A DNA stretch of 56,222 nt from Chiloscyllium plagiosum (Eukaryota), in assembly GCF_004010195.1 (NCBI RefSeq), contig NC_057719.1, forward strand, positions 85,774,387 to 85,830,608, in the 5' to 3' direction. The first letter of the stretch is position 1. Each line of letters starts with the position of its first letter. Under the pieces are notes generated by a model, which made no database searches, was not told the DNA's origin, and saw only the letters and a list, made by a program, of their open reading frames with translations. Below are positions 48,035 through 56,222 of the stretch, piece by piece. The position numbers were made by a program, and so were the translations under genes.

Positions 48035-48893
48035 TTTCTCGATGACTAGGGTTGAACGCGCCTCCACACGTCACTCCATCGCCATCTAGTCCGCCTTAAA
48101 ATCAAGAAATATTCACTACGCTATTTTACAATCATGTTCTGTCTCTGTTCTGCCTTCCTATGAAATGAAATAAGTGCCCCAATTATTGAGTGCCTTCAGA
48201 TATAGTGACTGCAGCTCATTTCCCTGTGTGAGAAGAGGGGGTAGCGCTGGCAATGTGCTGTATTATGGGCAGCTCAATCGGAAATGAAATTGACAATACG
48301 CCGCCCTTTCCGATTCCAATGACAATCTTTCTACAGGGGTCGCAAAACAGAAGGAAACGTTCGGATTGCAAAAGGATAATTATCCCGTAAGCCAATGGCT
48401 GCAGCCAAACGTTCATTATTACTTCAAGGGGCCCCAACTGCCTTCCCCTTCCCACTTTCCCCTCCCCCACGCCCATTCCTCACGAAATGAAAGACCTATA
48501 AGGTCCACATCATCGCCATGTCACGGGACACCTTGCCATTAGCTTGTTCCTCATCGATACTGTATGCATCGCTAAAACGATGGGAAAATATTCCAGAATT
48601 GATCTGACAGTAATATCCCTGCATTGCACAGGAGGCCGTCAGTCCAGAACTCACTGCATTCTCTCGTAGGCAACGCATTACTTCCGCACGCTGCGATTGC
48701 TCCCGACAGTTAACCGATAACTCTCGTGATCGAAAGGAATACTACCTTGTTAGAAATATTCATCGCGACGTAATGCTGTCAATTACTTTGAAGCCTTCCA
48801 GCTCCTTACAAGGCAGCTCATTTTTTAAGAAGTTGACATGAATGCACCCATCTCCGTTTAAATAGCAGCCTTCTGTTCGAAAGATCGGTAACC

Positions 48894-48899
48894 AATAAA
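48894..48899 (+). terminator. Candidate polyadenylation signal
   Basis: First AATAAA I found downstream of the stop codon. Confidence 0.3.
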
Positions 48900-49124
48900 G
48901 GAGTTTGCCCACTCGAAGGACCAGCACTCGTTCCATAAATCTAGAAGTATATCATGTTGATACTGTATATACGACGATTCAAATGCACTTGACGCTATGA
49001 TACTACGTGTCAAAAACATTGGTTAGCATTCCCTCTCACGATCAAATCATGTCAAGAACTCACGGTGTCGTTCGTTAAAATATCATTGTTGCTAGTTCAT
49101 CTAGTTTACTTGTACCATGCATTC

Positions 49125-52100
49125 ATTAGAACATAGAACAGTACAACACAGTACAGCTCTCGATGTTGTGCCGACTTTTCATCCGACTGTAAGATCAAAC
49201 TAACCTTTATACCCTTTATTTTAGTATTATCCATGTGCCTATCCAAGAGTCGCTTAAATGTCCCTAACGTATCGACTGTACTAGCATCGCTGGCAATGCA
49301 TTCCACGCAACCACCACTCTCTGACCAACGAACCAACCTCTGACATGTCCCCTAAACCTTACTTCAATTACCTTAAAATTATGCCCCATTGTGATAGCAA
49401 TTTCTGACCTGGGAAAAAGTCTCTGACTTCACCCTACGCCTTCATCATCTTAAACACCTTTATCAAGTCGCCTCTCAACTTTCTTCACTCCAATGAGAAA
49501 GGCCCTAACTCCCTCAACCTATCTCAATAAAACATGCCCTCCAGTCCAAGCAGCATTCTGATAAATCTCCTTTGCACCCTCTCTAAAGCTTCCATATCCT
49601 TCCTATGATGAAGCGACCAGAACTGAACGCAATATTCCAAGTGTGGTCTAACCAGGGCTCTATAGAGCTGCAGCATAATCTCATGCCTCTTAAACGCAAT
49701 CCCCCGCTAATGAAAGCCAACACACCGTATGCCTTCTTAACAATGCTATCAACTTGGTTGGCAACTTTGAGGGAGCTATGAACATGGACCCCAAGATCCC
49801 TCTGTTCCCCCACACTACCAAGAATCCTGCCTTTAACCCTGTATTCTGCATTCAAATTTGATTTTCCAAAATGAATCACTTCACACTTTTCCAGGTTGAA
49901 CGCCAGCTGCCACTGATCAACCCAGTTCTGCATCCTACCAATGGCCCGTTGCAACCTACAGTAGCCCTCCATGCTATTCGCCACTCCGTCAACCTTCTGT
50001 GTCATTAGCAAACTTACTAACCTACCGTTCCACTTCCTCATCCAGGTTATTTATAAAACTCAGAAAGAGCGAAGGTCCCAGAACAGGTCGCTGCAGAGCA
50101 CCACTAGTCACCAAACTCCAGGCTCAATATTTTCCATCTGCCACCATCCTCTGTCTTCTAGCTAATTCCCTATCCAGAAAGATAGGTTTCCCTGCAACCC
50201 CTGCTTCCTTGTTTTCTGAATGAGCTTTTTGAATGGGCCTTTCTGGGGAACCTCATTAAACGCCTTGTTAAAATCCAAATGCACCACAATTTGTTTTGCC
50301 ACATTCTCAAATAACTCAACAATGCTTGTGAGGCATGATCTGCCCCTCACAAAGCCAAGCTGACTATCTCTAATCAAAGTTTGATTTTCCAAGTAATCAT
50401 AAATCCTGTCTCTCAGAATCCTCTCCAATACTTTGCACAGATATGGGACTGACTGGTCTGTAATCCCCAGGGTTATCCCTATTTTCCTTTCTTGAACAAG
50501 AGAATAATATTTGCCATCCTCCAATCATCTGGCACTACACCAGTAGACAGTGAGGGCACAAAGATCATGGCCAAAGTGCAACAATCACTTCCCTTGCTTC
50601 CTGTAGTAACCTTGAGTGTATCTAGTCTGGCTCAAGGGACTTACTATCCTTATTTTGTTCAAAATTATCAGCACCTCCTCCTTCTTGACATAAACCTGTT
50701 CGAGCATATCAGTCTGTTTCACGTTGTCCTCATAAACGTCAAGTTCCTCTCCAGAATGTTTACTGAAGCAAAGTATTCATTATGGACCACTCCTACATCC
50801 TCTGACTCCAGGCACAAGTTCCCTCCACAACCCTTGATTGGTCCTACCCTCACTCTGACCCATCCTCTTGTTCCTCACATAAGTGTAGAATACCTTAGGA
50901 TTTTCCTTAATCCTATCCACTAAAGATTTTTCATGTCCCCTTCTAGCTCTTCTAAGTCCATTTTTCAGTTCATTCCTGACTACCTTGTAACTCTGTAAAG
51001 CCCTGCCTGGTCTTGCTTCCTCAACCTTTAAGTAAACATCCTTCTTCCTCTTGACTAGATATCCCTTGTCACCCAAGATTCTATCACCCTACCATCTCTT
51101 CCTTGCCTCAGTGGGACAAACGTACCCAACACTATCAACAAGTACTCCCTAAACAACCTCTGCATTTCTGTCTTGCATTTCCCTGAGAACATTTGTTCCC
51201 AATTTAGGCACCCCAGTTCCAGCCTAATAGCATTGTAATTCCTCCTCTCACAATTAATTATCTTCCCATACCGTCTGCTCCTATCCCTCTCCATGACTAT
51301 AGTAAACAGGAAGTTGTGATCACTATCACTGAAATGCTCTGCCACTGATAGATCTGACATGTGACCTGGGTCGTTGCCAAGCACCAAATCCAATATCGCC
51401 TCCTCTGCAGTCAGCCCATCTACATGTTGAGTCAGGAATCTTTCCTGGACACAGCTGACAAACTCTGTTCCATCCAAGCTTCATGAACTAAGGAGACTCC
51501 AATCAATATCAGATAAGTTAAAGTCATCCATGACAACAAACCTGTTATTTTTGCACCTTTCGAAAATCTGCTTCCCAATCTGCTCCTCTGTGTCGATGTT
51601 GCTATGGGGGGGGGTCTGTAGAACACTCCCAATAAAGTGACCGCTCCTTTTCTGTTTCAGACTTCTACCCATACTGACTCTTTAGACCACCCTCCTCAAT
51701 GAACTCCCTTTTTGCAGCTGTGGTACTATCCCTCAGTAGCAACGCTACTCCCCATCTCTTTTACCCCAATCCTACCCCCAATTCCTTTTGAAACATCTAA
51801 ACCCTGGAACGTCCAGCAATCATTCCTGCCCCTGTGATCTCTCCAAGTCTCCATAATGGCCACAACATCATAGTTCCAAGTACTGCTTCATGCTCTAAGT
51901 TCACCACCCTTGTTCGTGATACTTCTTGCGTTAAAATAGACACATTTCAACCCATCATAGTGACTGCAATTTTGCCCCATCAACTGTCTATCCCTCCTCA
52001 CAGATTCTCTGCATGCTGTATCTGGCTGTACACTAGCTACAACATCCCGGTTCCCCTGCCCCCTACCCTGCCAAACTAGTTTAAGCAAACCTCCTGCCCA

Positions 52101-52455
52101 GAATATTGGGACCCCTCCAGTTCAGGTGCAACCCATCCTTCTTGGTACAGGTCCCACTTTCCCCAGAAGGATATCCCAATGATCCACATATATGAAACCC
52201 TCCCTCCTACACCAGCTTTGCAGCTACATCTTCAGCTGCACTCGTTCTCTGTTCTTCGCCTCACTAGCCCGTGGCACTGTTAGCAATCCTGAGATTACTC
52301 CCCTGCTCGTCCTGCCTTTTTAGCTTTCAAACTCACTCCCTATATTTTCTTTTCAGATCCTCGTCCCTTTTCCTAGCTTTGTCATTGGTATCGATGTGTA
52401 CTAGCCTTCTGGCTGCTCTCCCCCCACCCCACCCCCTTTTAGGAATCCTGTAGAT
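49125..52455 (-). mobile_element. CR1 LINE, ORF1 end through 3' UTR, frameshifted
   Basis: Colinear motifs LKCVYFNARSI, VFYRPP, AILDLVLGND, LDFNKAF and FNLEKCEVIHFG, with an (AGAACAT)n tail. Confidence 0.96.
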
Positions 52456-52859
52456 TCATTGCAAGTATGAAATTAACCAAATTGTCAACTGTTCTGAATC
52501 TCTATGCTTTGTTTGAATTAAAATCTTCGACTTGATAGGGATCTAATGCTAGACCCATATTTTAAACAACATGTTTTAACAACTTGAGATGAATGTCTTT
52601 GATTTAGACGTCAGCCATTTTGTATTAATTGTACATTTATTATATGAAAACATAAAATTTATTGTATGAAAATCCTAAAGAAGATCTCTTCATCAAAATC
52701 TATTACTGAGACTCTCTGCTGTGATCCAAATGCATATGGTGCACTGACCACATCACGTGATCATGTTGTCGAGTGGACAGTCCAACCCCATTGCCCAGAA
52801 GAAAGCCTTCGCTGCTCGGTCAATTTCCAAACGTTTGCAAATTACTTCGTAAAAGTCCA

Positions 52860-53900
52860 GTGACCACTTTTCACGCTCCCCATCTCATTGCCTATTATTT
52901 ACAGTTGACAACACAATGACCAGAGTAGAGAGCGCCTCCCTTTTAACACCTCCAAATTCATATGCCAGCACACACTCTCCACTCTTCTCAATCCCCTGTT
53001 TGCACTGTAGTGTATATAACACACTGTTCACACTCTAGCAACATAGCGCTGAGCGCTCTGCACCTCACACTGTTCGATATACATATCCATGTGATATTCC
53101 ATTGTCCACTGCTCACCACTGTCCACACCTCACTGATCAGACCGTGTTTTCCTCCCCCATGTGTGTTGCTGCCGATATTTCTCCAACCGCTTACACCGCT
53201 CGCACCTTTTTATCCCATATCCACCATACACCATCATGCTCACTTTTTTTTCCCTAGCCCACAACTCGATCTCCATCCTGCACTGTCAATACCGCCCCAC
53301 CCACACCCTGACCTCCCCTCCCCGTTTCCACACTGCTAAGCACAGCTTAATCACCATGCCCAATGGCCACGCACTACTGTCGCAGGTTACGCTGTCATTG
53401 TCCCACCGTACAAATCTTGCACTCATAACACTTTACACAGCTCTCCATACGTTCAAAGTCCCCTGTCTCCACCCCAGTACACACAATATAATGTTCACAT
53501 ATCACTATCCTTAAGCGCTGTCCAAACTGCCCACATTCTATGCGTTGACAGGCCACCTACCCCCACCCCCACCCCCGACGCTATTGTTCATTGTCTGCAC
53601 CCTGCTCCCTAGGTCCCAATTTTCATAATTAACGACTCACGCCATAACATGCATCAGTCTGCACAACAATGTCTACGTCCTTCTTTCTGTGTTGTATTCT
53701 TCAATCTTGGTTCTACACATGGAATGATGCAGATTACATTATATCCATTGAACTGCCCACATGTATTCTCCTAATCCCCACTATATACGCCGTAGTGTCT
53801 ACATCCTTTCGTCCACGCCATAATGTCCACGGCTTTCTATCTATATGTAGTGTGCTGGATAACTAATTAAACAAACCATTCTATTCAAATCAAAGGGTCT
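52860..53900. repeat. C/A-rich, G-poor low-complexity tract
   Basis: Recurrent CACAC/CACTGT words. The overlapping ORFs are compositional artefacts rich in H/P/T. Confidence 0.65.
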
Positions 53901-55231
53901 ACATCGTAACAGAACTGAGACATTTTGTGTTTCCAATGAATGATTTTATTTAACTGCCAAGGAATCCTTTTGAAACGCCGTGAAGACCCGTTCCAAAGAG
54001 TTTACAGCCATGAATTGTGATCTGCATGGTTCAGAAGCATTACTGGAGCTGAATTCAACCCCTGCAGCTGGTCCTTCTGATCTGTGTGGCCAACTGTGAG
54101 CCTCTTCCCACCCACCCCCACCTTAACCCCTTACCCCCGAACTCTGTGATAGAGAGTGTCTGAAGAGAGACAATACCAATATTGTCTCAAATCTTAAACT
54201 GCTTTCTGTCTCTTTGATTCTCTTATCGTTGCTTCTAACGGTCAGCTGGATAGAAACATGTAGACTGGAGCAGCTTCCATGCGTCCAAACTGGAACACAC
54301 AAAGAAAAACAGAGAAGCTGTCTCGCTCAGTGTCTCTGGCCCTTTCAATCGAGTTAGCGTTCACATTATAATTTGCAGAAAAAAAAAGTTTTGAAAGCTT
54401 GCATTCAAACTAACCGTTGTTTAGCTGTACTACTCTAGAGTTCTGTGAGTCAGGCCAATCTCTTGGTAACTCAACCAGAGTTGTGCTTGCGTCCAATGTC
54501 CAACCTTCTCCTTCTTCCACACGAATTCCAATAATCTGTCCAGATTTGAGCTACTAAGTCCTGTCATCATGGCAAATACTTTGGTTAAATCACGCTGAAA
54601 GTTGTACTCTTCTCCAGTACGTGCTAACCGAAAGAGGTAGCGAAAGAGAATTAACGAACGTGATGGCCCGATGGTGAATGGCCTGTGCGCAGCAGTTTAA
54701 TTGTTATCCACTCAATGCGTTGTCTTTGCAGCACGTACTGTAAAAGCTAACTCTGAAAAAATGACCATTTGAAAGCAGCAATAAGCGTTGCGAAGTATTT
54801 ACCGTTTTCAGATGATACCCCAACTGACTCGGTGTCGGTGTAAGATTGAAATGAGTGCGGATATGGAAATAATAAAACCGTCTATATAATGCAATAAGAT
54901 ATGTCATGTGCAGTTCCTGTTCCGCTAAAGGGACAATGTTGGTTGAAGCACTGGGCTAATAGCTGTTATTACAATGCTGTAGTTTGTTTCTCGGAGCATC
55001 TCCTGCATTTTCACACCCTGTCCTTGTAATGCCACAAGCTTGATAGGGCAGCTTGTTTTTCTTTCAAGCACCTGGTACAACCAAGTCTCACAAAAGTATC
55101 AACTCCCGTTTGTTACAATTACGTGCTTTCCTGTACCCATTGAATGAACACCACGCGGTTTCACTTTTGCTTCGCGTTATAACAGAAAACTGGTTGGGTT
55201 CTCCGAAAGTCCGAATTTCCAATTTTCAATG

Positions 55232-55419
55232 ATTTGGAGACGCCGGTGTTGGACTAGGTTGTACAAAGTTAAAAATCACCAGGTCATAGTCCAACAGGTT
55301 CATTTGGAAGCACTAGTTTTTGGAGCGCTGCTCCTTCCTGACAACCCGATGAGCTCCGAAAGCTAGCGCTTCCACATGAACCTGTTGGACTATAACCTGG
55401 TGTTGTGTGGTCTTTAACA
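55232..55419. mobile_element. Hairpin-shaped short element of the third PLE-derived family
   Basis: Inverted arms CCAGGTCATAGTCCAACAGG / CCTGTTGGACTATAACCTGG. Approximate TSD AATTT(T/C)CAATG at 55221-55231 and 55420-55430. Confidence 0.75.
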
Positions 55420-55484
55420 AATTTCCAATGTATATTTCAAAGAAAATAGGTGAAAGGATATGTGACAAACCCCGAATCCCTAGA

Positions 55485-55696
55485 GTCCAAACGCGTGAAG
55501 GTTAGGTGAATTGGCGGCGCTAAATTGCCCATAGTGCTCAGGGATGTGCAGGTTGGGTGAATCAACCATGGGGGATGCTGGGTTATGGGAACAGATTTGG
55601 GAGATCGGTTTGGGTTTGGGTGGGATGCTTTTCGGAAGGTCGGTGCGGACTCGATGAGCCGAATGGCTTGCTTTTCCACTGTAGGGATTCTATGTT
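55485..55696 (+). mobile_element. HE1-like SINE, 5'-truncated
   Basis: V-domain GTCCAAACGCGTGAAGGTTAGGTGAATTGGC..CTAAATTGCCC and a CR1 tail. Confidence 0.85.
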
Positions 55697-55953
55697 TCTT
55701 CTGCTTGTGTGAAGCAAATGCTCCAACGAACATCAGGTTTTATTTTTAGAAAAGGGAAAGTTGTATCTGCTTCCTGGTGTAACGGTATTCGAATCGCTCT
55801 TTGCGCTATTTCTTAATGTTCGGTCTACTTTCACGTTTAAATCTGGTTCCAACCCTGTACACAAAGAGAGCATAATCCCGGTCTTTGAAGCAGGGACCAT
55901 CAACAGGTAAGCTTGCTGTCAGACTCAAACCCAAAACAGGATATGACAACGCT

Positions 55954-56222
55954 TAGACAATAGACAATAGACAATAGGTGCAGGAGTAGGCCATTCAGCC
56001 CTTCGAGCCTGCACCGCCATTCAATATGATCATGGCTGATCATTCCTAATCAGTATGCTGTTCCTGCCTTATCTCCATAACCCTTGATTCCACTATCTTT
56101 GAGAGCTCTATCCAACTCTTTCTTAAATGAATCCAGAGACTAGGCCTCCACTGCCCTCTGGGGCAGAGCATCCCACACAGCCACCACTCTCTGGGTGAAG
56201 AAGCTTCTCCTCATCTCTGTCC
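55954..56222 (-). mobile_element. Young CR1 3' end (runs off the window)
   Basis: (TAGACAA)3 microsatellite tail, intact CR1 3' UTR and ORF2 end. Confidence 0.92.

Noticed and set aside
52962..53514. His/Pro-rich ORFs of 117-125 aa
   Set aside because: Products of C/A-rich low-complexity sequence, with no domain or splice support.

Overview
This is vertebrate genomic DNA from a cartilaginous fish. HE1/V-SINEs, SacSINE1-like SINEs, abundant CR1 LINEs and Penelope-like elements point to a shark, plausibly a carpet/bamboo shark (inference). Most of the window is decayed retroelements, and there are two N-gaps. One protein-coding gene can be assembled with canonical splice sites: a 3-exon, 234-aa METTL21-family lysine methyltransferase (EEF1AKMT3/METTL21B-like; + strand; 43554-43721, 43914-44025, 47610-48034). 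It has intact catalytic motifs but divergent specificity-region residues. The most interesting non-annotated signal is a set of minimal hammerhead-ribozyme cores (CUGANGA-N-stemII-GAAA-palindrome) carried by at least three Penelope-derived families. Several of these moved as 60-700 bp units with 11-16 bp target-site duplications (TSDs) and inverted architecture. One intact core lies in sense orientation in intron 2 of the gene, opposite its own antisense arm. Other notable items: a clean 460-bp solo LTR with a 5-bp TSD and tandem GATA repeats, a putative degenerate Harbinger transposon, CpG-retaining domains covering ancient repeats, a promoter-like region with a perfect NF-kB site, and orphan non-coding exon candidates. 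Repeat boundaries were read by eye and are approximate unless a TSD is quoted. No searches were run.
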